Source of the DNA: Eledone cirrhosa
Taxonomy: Eukaryota
Assembly: GCA_964016885.1 (NCBI GenBank)
Contig: OZ024765.1
Coordinates: 1,364,001 to 1,428,000, forward strand
DNA: 64,000 nucleotides
Reading direction: 5' to 3'
Shown: piece after piece, positions 33,170 to 46,074 of the stretch
Layout: each line of letters begins with the position of its first letter
Numbering within the stretch: position 1 is the first letter of the stretch
The notes under the pieces: generated by a model
The model's database searches: none
Told to the model about the DNA's origin: nothing
What the model saw: the letters and a program-made list of their open reading frames with translations, nothing else
Made by a program: the position numbers and the translations under genes

Positions 33170-34790
33170 GGAGGGCTCTGGGGGTTGAAACAACCATCTC
33201 CAACTGATCAGGCTGGATCCCCAAGCGTGACCAGCCAAGCACATGGATGTTATCCTACCATCTTGCTTGGGGTCTACCCCTAGGTCTCCTGCCAGTTGGT
33301 TTTGCCTGTAAAATCTGTCCAGTGATTCTTTCCTGAGACATTCTAACCACATGTCCATAGTATCAGAGCTGTGCTCTCTCAATTCAGAGAAGTAGCAGCT
33401 CTACCTGGAGTGACTCTCTGGTCTCTGAGCTACAAATCTGTCCAGTGATTCTTTCCTGAGACATTCTAACCACATGTCCATAGTATCAGAGCTGTGATCT
33501 CTCAATTCAGAGAAGTAGTAGCTCTACCTGGAGTGACTTTCTGGTCTCTGAGCTACAAATCTGTTCAGTGATTCTTTCCTGAGACATTCTAACCACATGT
33601 CCATAGTATCAGAGCTGTGTTCTCTCAATTCAGAGAAGTAGCAGCTCTACCTAGAGTGACTTTCTGATCTCTGAGCTACAAATCTGTCCAGTGATTCTTT
33701 CCTGAGACATTCTAACCACATGTCCATAGTATCAGAGCTGTGATCTCTCAATTCAGAGAAGTAGCAGCTCTACCTGGAGTGACTCTCTGGTCTCTGAGCT
33801 ACAAATCTGTTCAGTGATTCTTTCCTGAGACATTTTAACCACATGTCCATAGTATCAGAGCTGTGATCTCTCAATTCAGAGAAGTAGCAGCTCTACCTGG
33901 AGTGACTCTCTGATCTCTGAGCTACAAATCTGTCCAGTGATTCTTTCCTGAGACATTCTAACCACATGTCCATAGTATCAGAGCTGTGATCTCTCAATTC
34001 AGAGAAGTAGCAGCTCTACCTGGAGTGACTCTCTGGTCTCTGAGCTACAAATCTGTTCAGTGATTCTTTCCTGAGACATTTTAACCACATGTCCATAGTA
34101 TCAGAGCTGTGATCTCTCAATTCAGAGAAGTAGCAGCTCTACCTGGAGTGACTCTCTGATCTCTGAGCTACAAATCTGTCCAGTGATTCTTTCCTGAGAC
34201 ATTCTAACCACATGTCCATAGTATCAGAGCTGTGATCTCTCAATTCAGAGAAGTAGCAGCTCTACCTGGAGTGACTCTCTGATCTCTGAGCTACAAATCT
34301 GTCCAGTGATTCTTTCCTGAGACATTCTAACCACATGTCCATAGTATCAGAGCTGTGATCTCTCAATTCAGAGAAGTAGCAGCTCTACCTGGAGTGACTC
34401 TCTGGTCTCTGAGCTACAAATCTGTTCAGTGATTCTTTCCTGAGACATTTTAACCACATGTCCATAGTATCAGAGCTGTGTTCTCTCAATTCAGAGAAGT
34501 AGCAGCTCTACCTAGAGTGACTTTCTGGTCTCTGAGCTACAAATCTGTTCAGTGATTCTTTCCTGAGACATTCTAACCACATGTCCATAGTATCAGAGCT
34601 GTGATCTCTCAATTCAGAGAAGTAGCAGCTCTACCTGGAGTGACTCTCTGGTCTCTGAGCTACAAATCTGTCCAGTGATTCTTTCCTGAGACATTCTAAC
34701 CACATGTCCATAGTATCAGAGCTGTGATCTCTTAATTTGGAGAAGTAGCAGCTCTACATGGAGTGACTCTCCAGTCTCCGAGCTACATAC
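33170..34790 (-). repeat. 123-bp tandem array (~12 copies) within an Expander/Rex3-like RTE fragment
   Basis: Unit translates [28 protein letters not shown]; flank GRPQARW*DNI..WSRLGIQPDQLE; single-copy relative at 53870-54135. Confidence 0.85.
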
Positions 34791-35871
34791 GATAACAGTA
34801 ATGTTTATGATAGATAGAATAACACAAAAGACTTGTTCAGATTACATTTGTCATTTATTCAAATATATACCTTACATTAAATGGGTAATGGAGAACATGT
34901 ACATATATATATATATATACATATATATGTGTGTGTGTGTGTATGTGTGGGAGGGAGTATGTATGTGTATATGCTGTGTGTATATATGCACATATATATA
35001 TACATACACACACGCATGGATATATACACATATGCATATATACACATACATACATCCATATATATATATATATATATATATACATACAAACATATACACA
35101 TATATATATATATATACATCCATATATATATATATATATATATACATCCATATATATATATATATATATATATACATCCATATATATATATATATATACA
35201 TATACATCCATATATATATATACATACAAACATATGTATACATCCATATATATATATATATACATACATATACATACATACATTCATATACATATATATA
35301 TATACACCCATACATGCATGCATATATATATTTATATATATATATACACACACACACATATATATATACATGCACACATAAATATCTATATATATATATA
35401 TATATATATAGTTATGCATTTAACCATGAAGTCCCGATGAGAACAAACAATTTCCTTCATTCTGTTCTGTTTTGTTTTAAGATCTAAAAACAAAAAAAAT
35501 ATAACAGAAGAAAGATTTTAAAAAAAAATAAAAATAAAACATAAAAAATAATATTAATAAAATATAATAAAAAATAAAATAAAAAATAAAATAAAAAATA
35601 AAGTGGATGTAGGTAGGAGTGGGGGAATGTTTTCATTTATTTTCCATGGGAATGCATTTAATTTTTAACCCAACCCCTTCTCTCACTCTCCGATCCCACC
35701 CAACTTTAATACTGAGGATTTGATGACTGAGAATATATGGTGGGGGCCGTGGGGCTGAGACATATTCCTCGATGGAGGTAGGGAGGGAGGGGGTTGTATT
35801 GACCAGTGGCCGGCGATGGTGGTGGTAGTGGTGTTTGTTGTTGTGGTGGTGGTGGAGGTGGCCGTTGGTCA

Positions 35872-36022
35872 TCATTGGACTTTCAGTACTGTGTAGACCT
35901 CGTTTCGATAAACCGTCTTGAAGTAAGGTTCGGCATTCTCGTTCAGTGTCAGACACACTGGTCTTCGGTTTTGGTTCACTTTGTCGTCCAAGTCCCAGAT
36001 CTCTGGCATGGCACAACCCACT
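35872..36022 (-). CDS. DPY19L1: DPY19L terminal exon 22
   Basis: 151 nt, [12 protein letters not shown]...[18 protein letters not shown]. Confidence 0.95.
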
Positions 36023-36377
36023 CTGGAATAAAAGAAAACCAAAAGCTCACTTCTCTATACAGAATCCATCCATAAAATAAACACACCAAACAGAAAACGC
36101 ACGCGTAAACAGAGACAAGAATAAATAGAAAATAGAATAAGTAAACATTACAATACAACGGGAAGAAACATAATAGTATCACTGATGATGTCACAGGTGT
36201 GTGATGAAAGAACTTTGATAGACTATATATTTATATCTGCATTTTTAACTGTTGATCAATCAATGATAAACATTGATTGCCAAATAAATTAACTATGGAG
36301 ATATAAAAGATACAGAAGCGAAAACTAATCCAAACCAAACAGTGAGTGTGTTCTGTTATTATTTCTGGCAATATTAT

Positions 36378-36412
<35 letters not shown>

Positions 36413-36852
36413 TGGCTGAGTGGTTAGAGAATTGGATTTGCAATCGTGAGGTTATGAGTTCAATTCTCAGACCGGGTGATGCGTTATGTCCTTGAGCAAG
36501 TATGCTCCGTTGGATGTGCAGTGTAAACGTGCGTGAACGACCCAGCATGAATGTGTTGAGAGAGAAACTGTGTCTGAGAGGGATAGAATGTAGTGTACGG
36601 GAGAGGAGACTGAGGTGGTATGGACATGTGATGCGCATGGAGGATGACCGATGGGTGAAGATGTGCCAGGAAATGCCAGTTGAAGGAAAACGTGGGCAAA
36701 GTTGGTGAGAGCAGACCTCAGATCGCTGAAGCTCACGGTGGAGATGACGAAGGACCGTGACGAGTGGAGAGATGCTGTGCTGAATAAGACCCGTCCTACC
36801 CTTGCAAGCAGGGAAAAGCAGACATAAAATGATGATGATGATATATATATGC

Positions 36853-36886
<34 letters not shown>

Positions 36887-39800
36887 ATATATATATAATG
36901 GTTTCCTCTAAGATGGCGTAATCTACCTGTAAGTCTAACCCATGCTAGCATGGAAGATGGACGTTAAACGATAATGATGATGATGATGAATGAATAAGAG
37001 AGACAGGTTTATTCATACATCTTTTTATTACATATTTCTATTATACGTATTTCGAAGATGTCAGGGTGGTTACATGATAAACTTCTGGCATGTTCTCATC
37101 AGATAAACCTCAACCCTAACCCTGCTAAACATGACATTTGTCTGTTGCTCTCCTGCCTCTGATAACCCATCATCTTTACAATGAACTCCAATGACATCCT
37201 ACCTTGATCGTTTCCGGCACCAGGACTCCTCCAAGATGGCGTAATCTACCTGTAGGTCAACCAGGTTCTTCTTCACATCCTTCACAGGTTTCCGACTGTA
37301 CATAGAATATACTTTCATCGTACGTTCCCTGTAACAACAGAAACCCCAGATTTATTGTAAAACTATACAATGGTATTTTGTAGTTATGAAAACGGGAAAG
37401 GAAAGGAAAGACGAGGGCTGTAGGGTCACAGAAGAATGGGGGAGAGGGGTCACAGAAGAATGGGGAGGGGAGTCACAGAAGAATGGGGGAGAGGGGTCAC
37501 AGAAGAATGGGGGAGAGGGGTCACAGAAGAATGGGGAGGGGAGTCACAGAAGAATGGGGGAGAGGGGTCACAGAAGAATGGGGGAGAGGGGTCACAGAAG
37601 AGTGAGGAGGGGAGTCACAGAAGAATGGCGGAGAGGGGTCACAGAAGAATGGCGGAGAGGGGTCACAGAAGAATGGCGGAGAGGGGTCACAGAAGAGTGA
37701 GGAGGGGAGTCACAGAAGAGTGAGGAGGTAACTAGGCTCTGGGCCGAGAGTGTGGCAGTAATGAGGCTATGCTCTGTGGGTGAGAGAGAGAAAGGAAAAG
37801 AGATGAGAGAGAGATAGAGAGATAGAGATAGAAAGAGAGCTAGAGAGATAGAGAGAGAAAGAGAGCTATATATAGAGAGAGAGCTAGAGAGTTATATATA
37901 GAGAGAGAGCTAGAGAGTTATATATATAGAGAGCTAGAGAGTTATATATAGAGAGAGAGCTAGAGAGTTATATATATATAGAGAGAGCTAGAGAGTTATA
38001 TATATAGAGAGCTAGAGAGTTATATATATAGAGAGAGCTAGAGAGTTATATATATAGAGATAGAGAGTTATATATAGAGAGAGAGATAGAGAGTTATATA
38101 TATAGAGATAGAGAGTTATATATAGAGAGAGAGATAGAGAGTTATATATAGAGAGAGAGCTAGAGAGTTATATATATAGAGAGAGCTAGAGAGTTATATA
38201 TATAGAGATAGAGAGTTATATATAGAGAGAGAGATAGAGAGTTATATATAGAGAGAGAGAGCTAGAGAGTTATATATATAGAGAGAGATAGGGACTTACC
38301 TTAGACCAACATCTTCATAATGTGGATGGTTTACTATGGGTCTTTTGGTACAGAGTTTAACTGTTGCCATGGTTGGCATGGTACCTGCAAATACTGCATC
38401 TGTGGGGGGAGAGATAGAGTAAGGTGAGGCTGAGGGGGAGATAGAGAGAGGGAGAGAGATAGAGAGTAACATGTGAGGGGGACAGAGAGATGGAGATAAA
38501 GAAATAAAGGTGAGAGAGAGAGAGAAGATAGAAATAAAGGTGTGTAAGAGAGAGAGATGAAGAGAGAGATGTAGACAGAGAAACAGATAGAGAGGTAGAT
38601 AGAGAGAGATATAGATAGATAGATAGATAGAGAGGTAGATAGAGAGAGGTTTATTTATATATATATATATAGAGAGAGAGGGAAGTATATAATTATAGAT
38701 ACAGAGATAGATATAGAGGTATATATATATGAATAGTTATAAAAAAAAGACTAACTTTTATCAGTATTGTAGACAATCCACTCGACCAGTTGCTCCAGGG
38801 GGACGTTACTAAACTCACCAACGATACTCAGTTGGTGACTAATGTTCTTGTAGCCTTGGTACATTGTTCCAGCTAGATAGAGGGCCAACAGCGCGAAGTG
38901 CCGTTCCTTGTTGCCAACCCAACCAAACAGCTGAAATAAAGGAAGGAGGTGAAAAAAAAAACAAGTTAAACCCTTTAGCATTTAAACCAGCCATATCTGG
39001 TTGGATAACTTCTATAAATTCAAGAATCCCCAGATAGATTTTACAGACAAAACCAACCGGCAAGAGACCCAAGGGTAGACCCCAAGCAAGATGGTTGTAT
39101 AACATCCATGAGCTCAAGAATCCCCAGATAGATTTTACAGACAAAACCAACTGGCAGGAGACCGAGAGAAAGATGGTTGGATATCATGAGCTAGAGAATA
39201 GATAGATTTTAAGGGCAAAACCAACTGGCAGGTGACCCACGGGTAAACCTCGAGGAAGATGGGTGGATAACATCCATGAGCAACAATCCCTAGATAGATT
39301 TTACAGACAAAACCAACTGGCAGGTGACCCAGGGGTAGACAGACTGCGAGCAAGATGGTTGGATAATAACATCCACGAGCTTGTCTGATCACGCTTGGGG
39401 ATCCAGTCGGATCAGTTGAAGACAGTTCCTTCTAACAGGACCTGATGGAAGGAGTGTTTGAGGAGGACTCAGTCCTACCACGACCCTCTCAGGAATAAGT
39501 GGGCGAAGAAGAAGAAGACAAATGGAGTACATTACCTGTCTGTAGGCCAACAGGGAGGTCATAAGACAGAGGTGGGGTGTCCAGAACAACTTTAACCTCA
39601 TTATTAAAACAGCCATGGCTGTGAAGGCCAACAACTGGAATATATGGTACACCAACTAGGGAGAGAGAGAGAGGGTATATATGTAGTGGTGGTAGTGGTG
39701 GTGGTGGTGGTGGTAGTAGTAGTGGTGGTGGTGGTAGTGGTGGCGGTGGTGGTGGTGGTAGTAGTGGTGGTGGTGGTGGTAGTGGTGGCGGTGGTGGTGG

Positions 39801-42800
39801 TAGTAGTTGTAGTGGTGGTGGTAGTAGTAGTGGTGGTGGTTGTAGTGGTGGTGGTTGTAGTGGTGGTGGTGGTTGTAGTGGTGGTAGTAGTGGTGGTGGT
39901 GGTAGTAGTGGTGGTGGTTGTAGTAGTGGTGGTGGTAGTAGTAGTGGTGGTGTGGTAGTGGTGGTGGTGGTGGTGGTAGTAGTGGCGGTGGTAGTAGTGG
40001 CAGTGGTAGTGGTGGTGGTGGTGGTAGTAGTAGTGGCGGTGGTAGTGGTGGCGGTGGTGGTGATGGTGGTGGTAGTGGTTGTAGTGGTGGTGGTGGTTGT
40101 AGTGGTGGTGGTGGTGGTTGTAGTGGTGGTAGTAGTGGTGGCGGTGGTAGTGGTGGTGGTAGTAGTGGTAGTAGTGGTAGTGGTGGTGGTGGTAGTAGTA
40201 GTGGTGGTAGTAGTAGTGGTGGTAGTAGTGGTGGTGGTGGTGGTAGTAGTGGTGGTAGTGGTGGTGGTAGTAGTAGTTGTAGTGGTGGTGGTAGTAATAG
40301 TGGTGGTAGTAGTAGTTGTAGTGATGGTGGTAGTAGTAGTGGTGGTGGTAGTGGTGGTAGTAGTGGTGGTGGTGGTGGTTGTAGTGGTGGTGGTGGTAGT
40401 AGTAGTAGTGGTGGTAGTGGTGGTAGTAGTAGTGGTGGTTGTAGTGGTGGTAGTGGTTGTAATTGTAATTGTAATAGTAGTGGTGGTGGTAGTAGTAGTA
40501 GTGGTAGTGGTGACGATGGTGGTAGTAGTGGTGATAGTGGTAGCAGTAGTAACAATAGTAGTATCAGTAAAACCAACATTATTAATATGTAAAAACAAAC
40601 ATTATCAGATATTTACCTCAGCATATGGTTTACTTTTATCCTCTCTAGAAATACATCCGGTGTGAGGGTGAAGGTGGATGGTGTAGCGGGAGAGAAAGAG
40701 AAGACAGAACTTAGAAATACATTTGAAAACTTCTCAACTTTAATAAAATACTAGACCCCCCCCCCTGTACCAGTGGGTCACATTCCCATAATCCATGTGC
40801 ACTTAAAAATAATTTTAAATAATTAAAATATACAGATATGTGTGTGTATATATATGTATATATACACACACACACACACACAGATATCTGTGTGTATATA
40901 TATATATATATATATATAGTAATAATAATAAAATTGAAGACTAAAATCGAAAGAGGGCTCGATAAGGATAAATATATATCAAATATATAAGAACCGTAGA
41001 GCAAATATTTATTAAAATAACAGATTAAAGTTTAAGCAAAGAATCGCTGCTTTCACCCTTAACGGGATCTTCTGAAACTAACAAAGTCAATCTGTAAACG
41101 CAGAACTGGATATTTCAAAAAACGTTGCAACCGGAGGAAGACAGGAAAACGATATTGTTCTCCACGCTCCACATATGACTTATTATCTTCGTTTTTTCGT
41201 TCATTGCCAGAGAACGTCTCTATGCACCACCTAAGAGAACATTAGTCTACGACCTCTTTTATACCATAAACGTGGTTCTGTCTTTGCGTGTAATTGTTTT
41301 TCACCGCTCCTATTAATGACGTATTATTCGTTTTTTCCCGTTCTTTGCCAGCGAACGTTACCACGAACCAAAGTATCGTCTTCCTGTCTTCCTCCGGTTG
41401 CAACGTTTTTTGAAATATCCAGTTCTGCTTTTACAGATTGACTTTGTTAGTTTCAGAAGATCCCGTTAAGGGTGAAAGCAGCGATTCTTTGCTTAAACTT
41501 TAATCTGTTATTTAATAAATATATATATATATATATATATAAATATATCATCATCATCGTTTAACGTCTATCTTCCACGCTAGCATGGGTTAGACGGGAA
41601 TTGTCCCACTTGAGGCAAGATTGGTCGGGTGACCGTGTCTTGCTAGTATAGGACTGTCTGGCAGGTTTTCTACGTCTGGAATCCCTTCCTAACACCAACC
41701 ACGTTTACAGTGTTGACTGGGAGCTTTTTACCGTGTTACCTACACAACCACATTACAGCGTGGACTGTGTGTTTTTTTGTCGTGACACCTACACGACCTC
41801 ATTATTTTGGACTGGATATATATATATATGTGGAGGCACATGGCTTAGTGGTTAGAGCATTGGCCTTGCAATCGAAAGGTTGTGAGTTCAATTCTCAGAC
41901 CGGGTGATGTGTTGTTTCCTTGAGCAAGACACTTTATTTCACGTTGCTCCAGTTTACTCAGCTGTAGAAATGAGATGATAGGGACTGGGGTCCCTATCAT
42001 TCCACTGCAAAGTGGTCATAGAGGTGCAACGGCAAAAAAGCACCCAGCACTCACTGTAAATGAGGTTGGTGTTAGGAAGGGCATCCAGCTGTAGAAATCA
42101 AGCCAGAATCAGTTCCCGTCCCACCCTTGCAAGCAGGGAAAAGTGGACGTAAAATGAAATGATGATGATACATACACATACACACATATTTCAACAACAC
42201 CACTAGCTCTGTCTCTCTCTCTATGTATATATATATATCTATCTTTCTATTTATGAAGGTACCCAGATAAACCCTGTATCTCGATTTACACGAGTTTTGT
42301 TTTATTCCATTTGTATTCCCATTTCAAGGTTCAACTTCCTTTCAAAGTATTTTCCCATTATGCACCGTTTTGGCTGTATTAAATTACAGACAAGCAGACA
42401 ATCACAGAGTTTTAGTAGTATATAGATAGATTGTCCTCGAATAATTAAGTTGAAAACTGAAGTTATTTAAAAAGAGGTTTGTTAATTCAAATGTTTATAG
42501 TATCTTTACTGGTGGACAGATTGTTGTGAATATTTACAGTATTACAGTAAAGACTTTAATATTTAATGTGATGTAGTTTTGTCAGCCTCCCAAACTCTGC
42601 TCCTCCACCACAATATAGTTAAGACATACTCCCCTATTCCTCCTTCACCAAAGTGCAGTAACTCACCTCAGTATTGCTTCATCAGATTTTCCCTTTACAG
42701 TCTTCTTCCTCTTCCAATTCTGCCATTCCTGATAGACAATCTACAACAGACAGAGGTCAGACAGACAGACAGACAAATATAATTAGAGAGATAACCCCCT

Positions 42801-45332
42801 ATAGAATGACGGAGTGGAGTCTCCACTGATCGCCAGGTCCGCCTGCTAGAGGGCTGTGAGCACCTGAGCACATTCGATGTGCCAGTCGCCAATTTCCCTC
42901 GGTCTTTGCTTGACCCAGGACTGCAGCTCGGTCAGCGAGACGAGTCGTGGCAAGGCTCGCCTCATGAACGCGGCCCACACCGGTTGTCCAGTGAGGAATA
43001 CGTGGAGGTGCCGCAGCCTGAGCGCATGCTTGCGCATCGTCAGCCACGGCATCCACAGCCCTCCTATGTAGATAGATAGATAGATAGAGAGACAGACAGA
43101 CAGATAGATAGATAAGTAGGTAGATAGATAAGCAGGTAGATAGATAGACAGATAGGTAGGTGACAGACAGACAGATAGATAGATAGATAAGTAGGTAGAC
43201 AGACAGACAGATAGGTGACAGACAGACAGATAGATAGATAGATAAGTAGGTAGACAGACAGACAGATAGATAGATAAGTAGGTAGATAGATAGACAGATA
43301 GGTAGATAGAGAGATACTTACTAGAATGATAATTGCCATGACAGCAACAAGCACACCTGGAGCCAGAAGAGTCTTTAAAACACGTATTGGTGTCTAAGGA
43401 TGGAATGAAATGTGTTAAAGAAGAGCTTTAGTCATCAAAGATTTATCAAAGACACAAGAATGACAAATATAATTGTTTCTACTTTTGGCACAAGGCCATA
43501 AATTACCCAGTGCATTACTGGTACTTTATTTTATCGACCCCGTAAGTATGAAAGGTAAAGTTAACCTCGGCGGGATTTGAACTCAGATCATAAAGGGAGG
43601 TAACTCTATGCTACAAAGCATGGTGTCCGACCCTCTACCAATACTGCAAATCCATATAATGACAGAAGGTCAGGGATTTCCATTACTGATACTATCTGTC
43701 AGTGACAACTGACAGAAGAAAGGAGCTGATGATCAGCTCAGACTAAGGAGACAATGTTTCCATTGCAGCAGTAGCAGTAGTAAAAGTAGCAGCAGTAGCA
43801 GTAGTAAAAGTAGCAGCAGTAGCAGTAGTAAAAGTAGCAGCAGTAGCTCACCTTGGCTTCCATGAAGTCGAACTCCACTGCACAGGTGTACAACATTGTG
43901 TGAAAGTTTTTGAAGTTGGTGAATTTCGTTAAAAGTAAGTCTCCAATGTGGGCCTGAAATGTGAGAAAGAGAGAGAGAGAGAGAGAGATGAGAAAGAAAG
44001 AGAGAGATGATAGAAGGTAAGATGTACGAGAGAGAGAGATGCAAGAGAGACAGAGGATTAAAACCAAACAACTTACATCATCTGCTATTTTTAAAAGTTT
44101 TCCAATCAAAATTTTAAATCCCACAGTTCCTGTCAGGAGAAGACAACCCTGGGTATACTAAAGAAAGAAGAAAAAAAAACATTAGTATATACACACACAC
44201 ATATATATATATATATCGGTTTCTGATTTAGGCACAAGGCAAGTAATTTTGGGGAGAGGGGAAAGTTGATTAAATCATCCCCAGTGCATTACTGGTACTT
44301 TATTTTATCGACCCCGTAAGGATGAAAGGCAAAGCTAACCTCGGCGGGATTTGAACTCAGAGCATAAAGAGCCGTAACTATGCCACGAAGCAAGGTGTCC
44401 GACGCTCCACCGATTTTACTGCCAATCCACCACCCTACACACATATATATAATAATTGTTTCTACTTTAGGCACAAGGCCAGCAATTATCCCAGTAAATT
44501 ACTGGTACTTTATTTTATCGACCCCGTAAGGATGAAAGGCAAAGTTAACCTTGGCGGGATTTGAACTCGGATCATAAAGGGAGGTAACTCTATGCTTCAA
44601 AGCATGGCGTCCGACCCTCTACCGATACTGCCAATCCACAATGAAAATTATTGTGTATGGAGGGGGATTATCAGGTGGAGTGTTGGTGAATTTCGGGACA
44701 CTATCCCGACAGCTAACAACTGATGCAGGTGGTTTGTTCCATGCTTCAGCAACTCTGAGTGTGAAAAAATATTCCCGAAAGTACATATATATATATATAT
44801 ATATATATATGTGTACATACATAAATATATATGTATATGCACATAATAAAACCTCCCAGCCCCACACTGTAAATGTGGTTGGTGTTAGGAAGGGCATCCA
44901 GCTGTAGAAAACCCGCCAGATAATCCTATGCGAGCAAGACAACCACTCTTGCCTCAAGTGGGAAAACTACCGTCCAAACCCATGCAAGCGTGGAACATGG
45001 ACGTTAAACGATGATGATGATCATCATCATCATCAGTGATAAACGTCCATCCTCCACGCTAGCATGGGTTAGACGGGTTTGTCCCATTTTAGGCAAGTTT
45101 GGTCGGGTGACTGTGTCTCACTAGTACAGAACTGTTTCTGGCTGGTTTTCTACGGCTGGATGCCCGTCCTAACACCAACCACATTTACAGTGTGTGCTGG
45201 GTGCTTTTTACTGTGTCTCCTACACAACCACTTTACAGTGTGGACTGGGTGCCTTTTGTTGAGATACCTACACATGTATGCATACACACACACACAACAC
45301 ACATATATATATATGCATATATACACACACAA

Positions 45333-45363
<31 letters not shown>

Positions 45364-46038
45364 TATATATATATGCATAAATACACACACAAATATATAT
45401 ATATACACACACACACTCCACACAGTGTAAAACCAGAGGGTGGTTTTCTGCACTTTGTGTATCAAAGAGTTAAATTTATAAGACCAGGGTCCCTATGATA
45501 GATTATAAGACCAGGGTCCCTATGATAGATTATAAGACCAGGATCCCTATGATAGATTATGAGACCAGGGTCCCTATGATAGATCATGAGACCAGGGTGC
45601 CTATGATAGATCATGAGACCAGGGTCCCTATGATAGATCATGAGACCAGGGTCCCTATGATAGATCATGAGACCAGGGTCCCTTATGATAGATTACGAGA
45701 CCAGGGTCCCTTATGATAGATTATGAGACCAGTTTATGGGACCGGGTCTCATTAAATCTCACTTACCATTATTAGGATACGAAGCCGTAATTTCACAAGT
45801 AAGGGTTCCAGAAACATTATCACCTGAGAAAGATAAGATATAAACTTATACAGGGTAACATAAGTGTATATGTGTATGTGTGTATATATAGGAAAAAAAA
45901 TTTGGATCTAGCATTTGAAACGGCCGGAGCTCAGCCGTCGGGGTCCTAACTCTTTTCCTATTACCCACTCTAATACCCTCAGTATCGAGTACTCTGGTGC
46001 ATTATGGTCCACCTGGTTTCTTACCACACTTTCTTTGT

Positions 46039-46074
<36 letters not shown>

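Noticed and set aside
37020-37160. MPEVYHV resembling the terminal exon MPEIWD (possible duplicated last exon)
   Set aside because: The similarity is short and the segment is better explained as hammerhead stem II
42245-42432. Helitron-like element (minus strand starts TCTATCTATATACTACTAAAA)
   Set aside because: No clear 3' hairpin-CTRR terminus; single copy in this window
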